A stretch of 32,000 nt of DNA. Source: Haloferax volcanii DS2 (GTDB taxonomy: Archaea > Halobacteriota > Halobacteria > Halobacteriales > Haloferacaceae). Each line of letters opens with the position of its first letter. The stretch's first letter is position 1. Of this stretch, positions 1 to 8,273 are shown piece by piece. The notes below the pieces were generated by a model. That model saw only the letters and a list, made by a program, of their open reading frames with translations. It searched no databases and was not told where the DNA came from. The position numbers and the translations under genes were made by a program. The stretch covers positions 1,560,001-1,592,000 of the forward strand of contig NC_013967.1 of the NCBI RefSeq assembly GCF_000025685.1, in the 5' to 3' direction.

Positions 1-21
1 CGAACAGTAAGAAACGCCGCG

Positions 22-1158
22 TTACTCGTCGAGGTCGTCGAGCGCGTCACCGAAGGCTTCGAGGCCGGTTTCCATCGCTTCGGGGTCGCCGCCCAGCGAG
101 ATGCGGAACGACTCCGGCGCGTCGAAAAATCGGCCGGGAACGACGAGGACGCCGCGGTCCCACGCGGCGTCGACGACCGCGTCGCCGTCGGCGGTGGCGT
201 GGTTGAGGAAGGCGAACGTCCCGCCGGCGTGGATGCGCCCGTCGAGTTCGTCGCGGTCAGCGACGAACGTCGCCAGCAGGTCGTGGTTCGCCGAGAGGTG
301 TTCGCGGGCGGCGGCCTCTATCTCGTCGCCGTGGTGGAGCGCGCGCCGGGCGAGTTTGGTGCTCGGCTCGGCGACCGCGGGCAGGTACATCGACGCCGAG
401 CGGGCGCGCTCGACGACCTCCTCGGGGCCGATAATCCAGCCGACGCGGAGGCCGCCGAGGCCGTAGAACTTCGTCAGCGACCCGGTGACGACGGTGTTGT
501 CGAGGCCGGACGCCGTGGTGCCGCCGAAGGGACCGTCGGCGGCGGGGTCGACGAAGGGCGCGTACACCTCGTCGACGAGGAGGTAACCGCCGGCGTCGGC
601 CGCGGCCGACGCGACTTCGGCGAGTTCGGCGCGCGGCGTGAGTTTCCCCGACGGGTTGTGGCGGTTAGTGACGATGGCGTAGGCGAAGTCGTCGGTCGAC
701 GCCCCGTCGAGGCGGTGCGGTTCGAGTTCGTAGTCGTACTCCGGCGGCCGGACGAAACGGTCGACGCGCGCGCCGAGCGCCTCCGACGTGGCCACGAGCG
801 GCTGGTAGCCGGGCTTTTCCACGAGCACCTGCGGGCGCGAGGCGTCGGAGTCGTCGTCGCCGTCGCCGTCTTCGTCGTCGCCGGACGCAAGTTCGAGAAG
901 CGCGCAGGCGGCGAGGAAGTTCGCGTTCGTCGCGCCCGCGGTGACGAGGACCGACGACTCGGAGACGCCGTAGCGCGCAGCGACCTGACCGCTGAGCGTC
1001 GCGTCTTCGGGGTCTGAGCGACCGGCGAGAACCGGCGGGACGAGGTCGTCACCGCGCCGGGAGGAGCCGAGGTCGCTCGTCGCGAGGTCGTGGGTGGCCT
1101 CGTCCACCCGGTCGACAATCCACTCCAGATAGGGGATTCCAGGAAACGTTGCCGTCAT
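22..1158 (-). CDS. PLP-dependent aminotransferase, class I/II (HisC/CobD-like)
   Basis: Last 378 aa of ORF 22..1761. ATG at 1158 (cat at 1156-1158 on the + strand). Motifs NRHNPSGK and SLTKFYGLGGLRVGW (PLP-lysine region). The upstream ~200 codons of the ORF are R/S/P-rich and overlap the neighbouring regulator gene, so they are not coding. Confidence 0.8.
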   Translation of the reverse strand: MTATFPGIPYLEWIVDRVDEATHDLATSDLGSSRRGDDLVPPVLAGRSDPEDATLSGQVAARYGVSESSVLVTAGATNANFLAACALLELASGDDEDGDGDDDSDASRPQVLVEKPGYQPLVATSEALGARVDRFVRPPEYDYELEPHRLDGASTDDFAYAIVTNRHNPSGKLTPRAELAEVASAAADAGGYLLVDEVYAPFVDPAADGPFGGTTASGLDNTVVTGSLTKFYGLGGLRVGWIIGPEEVVERARSASMYLPAVAEPSTKLARRALHHGDEIEAAAREHLSANHDLLATFVADRDELDGRIHAGGTFAFLNHATADGDAVVDAAWDRGVLVVPGRFFDAPESFRISLGGDPEAMETGLEAFGDALDDLDE

Positions 1159-1228
1159 TGGGACCCCTTCGCGGCCGCCCCCGTAAGTCGTTGGGGTCTC
1201 GGGAACATCGGCTGCCGGCGGCGGGTCG

Positions 1229-2032
1229 TCAGGGTTCGTCGCCCGGCGGCCGGGGGAGCGGCGAGGCGTCCGACCGCCAGTCTTCGATGCGCCGGCTGGC
1301 CCACGACACCGCCGGCCGCGAGTCGTTGTAGATGACGCCCGCGAGACCTCGCTCGGAGTACGCGACCAGGAACGCGACGGGGCCATCCGGGAGGTCCGAA
1401 ACGACGAGGCTGTACGGAAGCGCCGCGGTCGACCGAAGCGAAAAAGAGTCAACCGACCACGTCTCGGCGAGCTGCGGTCGATAGGCGGTGACGAGGCGTT
1501 GGACCACGTCGTCGGTGGCGACGATGTCGACCGGCGTGCCGTCGTCGACGACGGCCCGATAGTAGGCGTCGACCTGCGAGGGGAACGCTCCCCGGACGCA
1601 CCCGCGGACCGACTCCGCCTCCTCGACGAAGGACGTGAGCTTCGAGAGCGCGGGCCCGGGGCCGCCGTCGGCGACGGGGACGACCTCACAGCCGTCGAGG
1701 AACACCGGCGCGAGCGGCGCGTCCGAATCGAGCGCGTCGAGCACCGCGGCGGCGGCGTCAATGTCGTCCAAGCACTCGACGAACTGCGAGTACGTTTCGA
1801 GCGCCATGCGGCCGGCGAGCGTCGAGTAGTGGACGGCGTCGCGCGTCTCGACGAAGCCCGCGCGCTCTAGCTCGCGGAGGCCGCGGTCGACGGTCGACCG
1901 CGACACCGGGAGGTCGCTCGCGAGTTCCGCGGTCGTTCGAGACTGTCGAACGACGGCCTCGAGCACGTCGGCCCGCGACGCGAGCACGTCGAACACCCCG
2001 GCGACCTCGGACCGAACCATGTCGAACTGCAT
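1229..2032 (-). CDS. Winged-helix HTH transcriptional regulator with a C-terminal haloarchaeal (DUF1724/FilR1-like) domain
   Basis: 267-aa ORF with ATG at 2032. The N-terminal segment RTTAELASDLPVSRSTVDRGLRELERAGFV is a typical ArsR/MarR-like HTH. Acidic composition. The C-terminal domain assignment is from memory of the family architecture. Confidence 0.7.
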   Translation of the reverse strand: MQFDMVRSEVAGVFDVLASRADVLEAVVRQSRTTAELASDLPVSRSTVDRGLRELERAGFVETRDAVHYSTLAGRMALETYSQFVECLDDIDAAAAVLDALDSDAPLAPVFLDGCEVVPVADGGPGPALSKLTSFVEEAESVRGCVRGAFPSQVDAYYRAVVDDGTPVDIVATDDVVQRLVTAYRPQLAETWSVDSFSLRSTAALPYSLVVSDLPDGPVAFLVAYSERGLAGVIYNDSRPAVSWASRRIEDWRSDASPLPRPPGDEP

Positions 2033-2106
2033 GAACGTGTCACTACTTAAGTCACAGGAGAACCCGCCATCAGCATATAAACAAACGAATTGTTTTTATA
2101 CTCGAA

Positions 2107-2127
2107 ATCACTCACTGAGTGAGTGAT
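2107..2127. promoter_or_regulatory. 21-bp perfect palindrome ATCACTCACTGAGTGAGTGAT upstream of the HTH regulator gene (candidate operator)
   Basis: Read directly: 10+1+10 perfect inverted repeat. It lies 75-95 bp upstream of the regulator ATG (2032, minus strand), next to the AT-rich stretch 2073-2100 that holds TATA-like sequences. Confidence 0.35.
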
Positions 2128-2254
2128 GCGATGGGTGAAGTAAAGCGTGTAGCCGGAGTATGGAGGTACGCCGGGGTGCCTCTGACAACCGGCTTATCGT
2201 TCGAACCGGGGTGCCCGGTCCGGTTCGGATGTCAGAAGGGGAAGACATTCCCCT

Positions 2255-2776
2255 TCACATTTTGCTTCGAAACGCTGCTTCGACGAGCGGCGTCACCGTC
2301 TCGACCGAGTCGCCGCGCGCGAGGTGTGCATCACACGGACAGTCCGACGAGCCGAAGCCGTCGATTGGGGCCGAACCGAGCGACGACGCGAGTTCGGTCG
2401 CGACCGCACACTCCACGTCGCGGTCGGTGACGCAGACGACGCGCGCGAGGTCGACGGACGGATGGCCGCCGAGGTAGTCGACGTGCCAGTGGCGGGCGTC
2501 GTGGTCGCCGGCCGCGACGCGCCGGTGGCGGCGGACGCGGCGTAAGCCGCCGGTTCCGAACGCGCTCCCGACGTAGACGTACGCACCGGCCGGAAAGCGG
2601 TGTTCGCCCAGCGCGCCGACCTCGACGGTCGCCTCGGGCGCGTCGAAAACGAGCGCGTAGGTTCCGACGGGCGACCGAGAGCCGAGCGCCAGCGGGTCGT
2701 CGTCGGTGCCGAGGGCAGCGGGGTCGAGGGAGTGTATCGTCGGCGCGTCGTCGGTGGAGTGGTTCGGTTCAGTCAT
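2255..2776 (-). CDS. DUF123 / GIY-YIG (Uri superfamily) nuclease-like protein
   Basis: ORF 2255..2848. Preferred ATG at 2776 (MTEPNH...), which avoids overlap with the upstream gene end at 2799. Family-typical motifs GAYVYVGSA, RVRRHRR and HWHVDYL. Confidence 0.7.
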   Translation of the reverse strand: MTEPNHSTDDAPTIHSLDPAALGTDDDPLALGSRSPVGTYALVFDAPEATVEVGALGEHRFPAGAYVYVGSAFGTGGLRRVRRHRRVAAGDHDARHWHVDYLGGHPSVDLARVVCVTDRDVECAVATELASSLGSAPIDGFGSSDCPCDAHLARGDSVETVTPLVEAAFRSKM

Positions 2777-2798
2777 CGGTCGGAGTGCGTCGCCCCGA

Positions 2799-3230
2799 CT
2801 ACGAAAGTTCGGCGGGTCGTGGCTCGGCGTTGTCGAGGAGGGGCGCAAACAGGTCGGCTGCGTCGGGTTCGAGGTCGTAGACGCTGTGGACGTCGTCGGG
2901 GTCGCGGCCGCGGCCGCTGGCGACGCCGACGACCTTGGCGATTCTGTCGTAGTTGTCGCGGACGAGACTGCCGAGAAGGCCGGGCATCCCGGCCCGGTCG
3001 GTGAGTTCTTTGGCGGCGGCGCGGCCGGCGTACACGCGGTCCTCGCGGCGGTCGACGAGGACCATGGCGAACGGCACGTCCGCGAACTGGGCGTCGAGAA
3101 ACGCCTGCGCCGCGTCGTCGTACCACGAGATAGCTTCCACGTCGTCGAGGCGCTTCAGCGCCGACGCGGCGACGGAACAGTAGGCGCACTCGCCGTCGTA
3201 GATGAGCACGGCGGCCGCGGACTCGTTCAT
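2799..3230 (-). CDS. Thiol-disulfide oxidoreductase DCC family protein (DUF393)
   Basis: Last 143 aa of the 757-aa ORF 2799..5072. ATG at 3230 (cat at 3228-3230). N-terminal LIYDGECAYCS is the DCC-family CxxC-type motif. The remainder of the long ORF is antisense to the helicase gene. Confidence 0.75.
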   Translation of the reverse strand: MNESAAAVLIYDGECAYCSVAASALKRLDDVEAISWYDDAAQAFLDAQFADVPFAMVLVDRREDRVYAGRAAAKELTDRAGMPGLLGSLVRDNYDRIAKVVGVASGRGRDPDDVHSVYDLEPDAADLFAPLLDNAEPRPAELS

Positions 3231-3335
3231 AGCTTCCGTCGGGACGCGAAGAACAAAAACGGCGCGGCGGGCGTGCCGTGTGCTATCAGTTACGGCCTGC
3301 GACAGCGTTAGGGCGACCACGTCCGCAGTAGACGT

Positions 3336-5687
3336 GTGGACGACCTCATCGAGTGGCTTCGGACCAGACCGTACTACGAGGGGCAGATTCGGTCCCACCG
3401 CCGGTTCGAGGCGCGCGAGCCGGCGTTCGCCGGCGTGGACCTCGAACCGCGGTTGGCGTCGGCGCTCGAAGACCGCGGCATCGACCGGCTCTACCGGCAT
3501 CAGGCCGAGGCGGTCGAGGCGGTCCGCGACGGGGACAACGTCGTGTTGGCGACGCGGACCGCGAGCGGCAAGAGCCTCGCGTACACCGTGCCGGCGTTCG
3601 AGCGGGCGATGGACCACGGCGGGCGGACGCTCTATCTCGGCCCGCAGAACGCGCTCGTCGCCGACCAACTCGACACGCTGTCGGACCTCGCGCGCGGCCT
3701 CGGCTTCGGCAGTCGCGTCTCGGTCGGCCAGTACACCGGCCGGCTGTCGAAATCCGAGAAGCGCGAGGTGAGAAAGCGGATGCCGACGGTGCTGCTTTCG
3801 AACCCCGACATGGTTCACTACGCGCTGCTCCCGCACGCTCACCGGCTGTGGGAGTGGTTCTTCTCCTCGCTGGAGACGGTCGTCATCGACGAAGTCCACG
3901 GCTATCGCGGGGTGTTCGGGAGCCACGTCGCCCTGCTCATCCGCCGACTCAAGCGCGTCTGCGAGCGGTTCGGGGCCGACCCGCAGTTCGTCTGCTGTTC
4001 GGCCACCATCGGCAACCCCGTCGAGCACGCCGCGCGCATCACGGGCGAGCGGGAGGACTCCTTTACGCTCGTGGACGAGGACACGAGCGGGACCGGCGAG
4101 ACCAACTGGCTCCTCTGGAACCCACCGGAGTACGAGAACCCCGACGCCGGCGGGTCGGGCCGGCGGCGCTCGGGCCACGTCGAGACGAAGAACCTCTTCG
4201 TCGACCTCGTCGCGCGCGGCCACCAGACGCTGGCGTTCACCCGCGCCCGACAGGCCGCCGAGCGGTACGCCTCCGAGAGCGCGAGCGACCTCCGGAGTCG
4301 CGGCGAGCACGACCTCGCGGGCGAGGTTGCGGCGTATCAGGCCTCGCTGACCCACGACCGGCGACGGGAGATAGAGGCCGGCCTCCACGACGGCGACATC
4401 GCGGGCGTCTGGAGCACCAACGCGCTCGAACTCGGCGTCGACGTGGGCGGCCTCGACGTGGTGCTCATCGACGGCTACCCCGGCACGCGGATGTCCGCGT
4501 GGCAACAGGCCGGCCGGGCGGGTCGCGGCGACAGACCCGCGCTCGTCGTCCTCGTCGGCGGCGAGGACCAACTCGACCAGTACCTCATGAACCACCCCGC
4601 CGAGTTCTTCGACGGCGACCCCGAACGCGCCGTCTCCGACCCGGAAAACGACCATCTCCTCCCCTCGCACGTCGCCTGCGCGGCCGCGGAAAACTGGCTC
4701 TCGACGGAAGACGAATCGAAGTTCGGCGCGCCGTTCCCCGGTATCGTCTCCGACCTCGAAGCCGACGGGACGCTGGCGCGCCGGGAGACGGACGACGGCC
4801 TCCGGTGGACCCACGACGGGAGCGAGAGCCCGCAGCACGCGATGAGCCTCCGAACCATCACCGACCGCGAGGTGCAACTGATGGACTCGCGGAACGACGA
4901 GATCATCGCCACGCTGGCGTTCGACGACGCGATCCGGGACGCCCACCCCGGCGCAGTCTACCACCATCAGGGCCAGACGTACGAGGTCGCGGAGTTGGAT
5001 TTGGACCGCGACGTGGCCCGACTCCAGCCGACGTGGGCGGACTACTACACCCGCGTCCTCCACGACAAACACATCACGGTCGAGCGGGACATCCTGTCGA
5101 AACCGCTGTCGGCGCGGTCCGACGTGGAGGTCCGGTTCGCGGAGGTGACGATGCGAAAGCAGATAACGGGGTTCGAGCGCCGCGACCCGAAGCGGGGGAC
5201 GACCATCGGCCAGCAGCTACTCGACCTCCCGGAGACGAGCCTGCGGACGAAGGCGCTGTATTTCACCGTGCCCGGCGACGTGGAATCGGAGATGCGCGAG
5301 CTATCGAGCGACCGCGCGGAGGGCCGCGACTACGGCTTCAACGGCGGCATCCACGCCGCGGAACACGGGCTGATTTCGCTGTTTCCGCTCCGACTGCTCT
5401 GTGACCGCGGCGACATCGGCGGGCTCTCGACGCCGTACCACGCCCACACCGACCAGTCGACCATCTTCATCTACGACGGCCACCCCGGCGGGGTCGGCAT
5501 CACGCGCGCCGGCTACGACATCGTCGAGGGGCTGATGCGCCAGACGGCCGAGTTGATTTCGGACTGCGACTGCGAGGACGGCTGTCCCTCCTGCGTGCAG
5601 TCGCCGCAGTGCGGGAACGCGAACGACCCGCTGGCGAAAGCCGAGGCGGTCCTGCTGTTGGAGTCGCTGACGGGGACGCGAGCCTAA
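3336..5687 (+). CDS. DEAD/DEAH-box helicase with C-terminal DUF1998 zinc-binding domain (MrfA/YprA/Hrq1-like)
   Basis: 783 aa with a GTG start at 3336. Helicase motifs TASGKS (I), VIDEVH (II), SATIGN (III) and QQAGRAGR (VI). C-terminal four-Cys module CDCEDGCPSCVQSPQCGN, typical of DUF1998. Confidence 0.85.
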   Translation: MDDLIEWLRTRPYYEGQIRSHRRFEAREPAFAGVDLEPRLASALEDRGIDRLYRHQAEAVEAVRDGDNVVLATRTASGKSLAYTVPAFERAMDHGGRTLYLGPQNALVADQLDTLSDLARGLGFGSRVSVGQYTGRLSKSEKREVRKRMPTVLLSNPDMVHYALLPHAHRLWEWFFSSLETVVIDEVHGYRGVFGSHVALLIRRLKRVCERFGADPQFVCCSATIGNPVEHAARITGEREDSFTLVDEDTSGTGETNWLLWNPPEYENPDAGGSGRRRSGHVETKNLFVDLVARGHQTLAFTRARQAAERYASESASDLRSRGEHDLAGEVAAYQASLTHDRRREIEAGLHDGDIAGVWSTNALELGVDVGGLDVVLIDGYPGTRMSAWQQAGRAGRGDRPALVVLVGGEDQLDQYLMNHPAEFFDGDPERAVSDPENDHLLPSHVACAAAENWLSTEDESKFGAPFPGIVSDLEADGTLARRETDDGLRWTHDGSESPQHAMSLRTITDREVQLMDSRNDEIIATLAFDDAIRDAHPGAVYHHQGQTYEVAELDLDRDVARLQPTWADYYTRVLHDKHITVERDILSKPLSARSDVEVRFAEVTMRKQITGFERRDPKRGTTIGQQLLDLPETSLRTKALYFTVPGDVESEMRELSSDRAEGRDYGFNGGIHAAEHGLISLFPLRLLCDRGDIGGLSTPYHAHTDQSTIFIYDGHPGGVGITRAGYDIVEGLMRQTAELISDCDCEDGCPSCVQSPQCGNANDPLAKAEAVLLLESLTGTRA

Positions 5688-5782
5688 AGCGGGCGGTCGG
5701 GCGTGAATCGCCCGCCCTCGTCGGCCCGACGGAGTAATTATCACTACATCGGCATTTCAGGGCCGCTATTTCGAACCAACAG

Positions 5783-5790
5783 CTATTTTT
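5783..5790 (+). promoter_or_regulatory. TATA-like box (CTATTTTT) for the GT75 gene
   Basis: AT-rich octamer 25-32 nt upstream of the ATG at 5815. This spacing fits a leaderless haloarchaeal transcript. Confidence 0.4.
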
Positions 5791-5814
5791 GGGTTGCCTA
5801 AATCCATAGGAGCA

Positions 5815-6972
5815 ATGAACGCGGATATCTGTGTCATCGTCCCGACTATCCGGGAGTACGAGTGCATGCGGGCGTACTTCGACAACGCGCGGGCACACGG
5901 TTTCGACCTCGACCGGCTGTTCGTCCTCCTCGTGACCGAGGACTTCTGCGACACCGAGGGGATGGCGTCGATGCTGGACGACGAGGGGGTTTCGGGCGCG
6001 GTCTTCGACGGGACGGCCCGCGAGGAGTGGTACGACGACCACGACATCTCGGAGTACTCGCATCTCGTTCCGGCGGCGAGCCACGCCCAGACGAGCTTCG
6101 GCCTGCTGTACATGTGGGCGCACTCCGAGTTCGACTACGGCGTCTTCGTCGACGACGACACGCTCCCGCACGACGAGTGGGACTTCTTCGGTCGCCACAT
6201 GGCGAACCTCGACCGCACCGACGAGGTGGAGTCGGTGTCGAGCGACGAGCGCTGGGTGAACGCGCTCTACCAGAACGCCGACGAACACGGGCTGTACCCC
6301 CGCGGGTATCCCTACTCCGCGATGGACGAGACGGTCGAGACCGGGACGCGCGAACTCCGCGACGTGGTGGCCTCGCAGGGGCTGTGGACGAACGTCCCCG
6401 ACCTCGACGCGGTCCGCATCCTGATGGACGGCGACCTCGAAGGGCAGGCCCAGACTCGGACGGACTTCGACGACTTCGACGGCGACTTCGTCGCCGAACC
6501 GGGGCAGTACCTCACCGTCTGCTCGATGAACCTCGCGTTCGAGCGCGAGGTCATCCCGGCGTTCTACCAGCTCCCGATGGACGACAACGAGTGGGAGGTC
6601 GGCCGCTTCGACGACATCTGGTCGGGAGTGTTCCTCAAGCGTGCCGCCGACGTGCTCGGGAAAGACATCGTGACGGGCTACCCGCTGTGCGAGCACAACA
6701 AGGCCGCGCGGCCGACGTTCGACGACCTCAACAACGAGGTACCGGGTCTCGAACTCAACGAGCACCTCTGGGAAGTCGTCGACGCGGCCGGCGGGGACGC
6801 CGACAGCTACGCCGGCGTCTTCGAGGCAATGGCCGACGCCCTCGCCGACGGAGACTGGTCCGACTACCGCAACGGCGACTTCTTCAACTACGTCGGCGAG
6901 CACATGCGCGACTGGCTGGACTGCCTCGACGCACTCGCCGCACCGCGGGCCGCCGCGCCGGCCGACGACTGA
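5815..6972 (+). CDS. GT75 reversibly-glycosylated-polypeptide family protein (annotated in haloarchaea as alpha-1,4-glucan-protein synthase, UDP-forming)
   Basis: ORF 5794..6972 starts with TTG. The ATG at 5815 (MNADICVIVPT) is preferred given the TATA spacing. DxD motif in VFVDDDTLP, plus RGYPYS and FDDIWSG motifs as in plant RGP/UDP-arabinopyranose mutases. Confidence 0.75.
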   Translation: MNADICVIVPTIREYECMRAYFDNARAHGFDLDRLFVLLVTEDFCDTEGMASMLDDEGVSGAVFDGTAREEWYDDHDISEYSHLVPAASHAQTSFGLLYMWAHSEFDYGVFVDDDTLPHDEWDFFGRHMANLDRTDEVESVSSDERWVNALYQNADEHGLYPRGYPYSAMDETVETGTRELRDVVASQGLWTNVPDLDAVRILMDGDLEGQAQTRTDFDDFDGDFVAEPGQYLTVCSMNLAFEREVIPAFYQLPMDDNEWEVGRFDDIWSGVFLKRAADVLGKDIVTGYPLCEHNKAARPTFDDLNNEVPGLELNEHLWEVVDAAGGDADSYAGVFEAMADALADGDWSDYRNGDFFNYVGEHMRDWLDCLDALAAPRAAAPADD

Positions 6973-7062
6973 GTGAGCGACGGCGAGCGCCACCCCGCGC
7001 CGCCGCGGGAGAAAGCTGACCCGTGGCCCGCGATTCGGCCACTTCGCCCGCGAATCGGTAGG

Positions 7063-7068
7063 TATAAA
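7063..7068 (+). promoter_or_regulatory. TATA box (TATAAA) of the ABC transporter operon
   Basis: Located 27-32 nt upstream of the ATG at 7095, in the only AT-rich patch of the intergenic region. Confidence 0.5.
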
Positions 7069-7071
7069 TGG

Positions 7072-7087
7072 TTTAGGGAGACCTAAA
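7072..7087. promoter_or_regulatory. Inverted repeat TTTAGG-GAGA-CCTAAA between the TATA box and the start codon (candidate operator)
   Basis: Read directly: 6+4+6 perfect inverted repeat overlapping the expected transcription start. Confidence 0.35.
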
Positions 7088-7094
7088 TTCACGT

Positions 7095-8261
7095 ATGCAC
7101 GAACGCGACCGAGAGCCTCGCGGCCACAGTCGTCGGCGGTTCATCGCGACGACGGCGGCCCTCGGGGTCGGCGCACTCGCCGGGTGTACCGGCGGAAGCG
7201 ACGAGGAGACGGAAACGACGACCGAATCAAGTACGAACGGGTCGGTCGGGCAGATTGGGTCCGGGCGCTCGCCGTTTGGTGACCGCGACATCACCGGCGG
7301 CGTGTCCGTCACGGAGATGCCGGACCTCTCGGGCGAACTCACGCTCTACTCCGGGCGCGGGCAGGCGCTCGTCGGTGAGCTTATCACCTTCTTCAAGGAG
7401 TACTACGACGACTTCACCATCCGCCCGCGGTACAACTCGGCGGCCGAACTGGTCAACCAGATTCAGACCGAGGGGCAGAACAGCCCCGCGGACGTGTTCT
7501 TCTCGGTCAACGCCGGCTCGCTCGGCGCGCTGAAGGACGCCGGTCGCACGCAGGACCTCCCGAGCGAGGTGCTCGACCTCGTCCGCGACGAGTTCCACGA
7601 CCCCGACGGCCAGTGGACCGGGACCTCCGGTCGCGCCCGGACCGTCCCGTTCAACACCGACCAGTTCGACGAGTCGGGCATCCCCGACGACATCATGGCC
7701 TTCCCGGACACGGAGGCGTTCCGCGACAACATCGGCTGGGCACCGACGTACTCCTCGTTCCAGGCGTTCATCACGGCGATGCGCGTCCTCGAAGGCGAAG
7801 ACGCCACGCGAGAGTGGCTGCAGGGGATGCAGGACCTCGGCGTCACAGAGTACAACGACGAGTTCCTCGTCTCGCAGGCCGTCGCCGACGGCGAAATCGC
7901 CGCAGGGTTCGCCAACCACTACTACATCCAGCGCATCCTCGCGGGGCGGCCGAACGCGCCGCTTTCGACCGCGTTCACCGCGGGCGACGCCGGCTCGATT
8001 TTCAACGTCGCGGGCGCGCTCGTCCTCGACACCGCCGACGACACCGAGTTGGCGAGCAACTTCGTCCGCCACCTGCTTTCGGCCGAAGCGCAGGACTACT
8101 TCGCGCGGACCACCTTCGAGTACCCGCTCGTCTCGGGCGTCGACCCCATCGGCGAACTGCCGAGCATCGACGAACTCAGCCCGCCCGAGGGCCTCGACCT
8201 GACGCAGCTTTCGGACCTCGAAGGAACCGTGGAACTCTTGCGTGAGGTGGGCGTTCTCTGA
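7095..8261 (+). CDS. ABC transporter substrate-binding lipoprotein, Fbp/AfuA-type (iron(III)/thiamine/polyamine family); substrate uncertain
   Basis: 388 aa. Twin-arginine signal SRRRFIATTAALGVGALAGC with a lipobox Cys, followed by a Thr/Ser/Glu-rich linker. The body resembles family-1 periplasmic binding proteins. Confidence 0.8.
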   Translation: MHERDREPRGHSRRRFIATTAALGVGALAGCTGGSDEETETTTESSTNGSVGQIGSGRSPFGDRDITGGVSVTEMPDLSGELTLYSGRGQALVGELITFFKEYYDDFTIRPRYNSAAELVNQIQTEGQNSPADVFFSVNAGSLGALKDAGRTQDLPSEVLDLVRDEFHDPDGQWTGTSGRARTVPFNTDQFDESGIPDDIMAFPDTEAFRDNIGWAPTYSSFQAFITAMRVLEGEDATREWLQGMQDLGVTEYNDEFLVSQAVADGEIAAGFANHYYIQRILAGRPNAPLSTAFTAGDAGSIFNVAGALVLDTADDTELASNFVRHLLSAEAQDYFARTTFEYPLVSGVDPIGELPSIDELSPPEGLDLTQLSDLEGTVELLREVGVL

Positions 8262-8273
8262 GGTAGCTCACTC

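Noticed and set aside
1159-1761. N-terminal 201-aa extension of the aminotransferase ORF
   Set aside because: The sequence is Ser/Arg/Pro-rich and overlaps the regulator gene 1229..2032 in another frame. The aminotransferase homology begins at the ATG at 1158.
3231-5072. N-terminal 614 aa of the 757-aa ORF 2799..5072
   Set aside because: It is antisense to the well-supported helicase gene and has no recognisable motifs. Only the final 143 aa (the DCC-family protein starting at the ATG at 3230) look genuine.
3336-5687. DISARM-like defence (DrmA helicase plus DrmB DUF1998)
   Set aside because: Here the helicase and DUF1998 are fused in a single MrfA/Hrq1-type protein. No methyltransferase, PLD nuclease or other DISARM genes are nearby, so the repair-helicase interpretation is preferred.
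5794-5814. TTG start at 5794 for the GT75 gene
   Set aside because: The ATG at 5815 is preceded by a TATA-like box at the leaderless spacing of 25-32 nt. The TTG start would place that box only a few nt upstream of the coding region.
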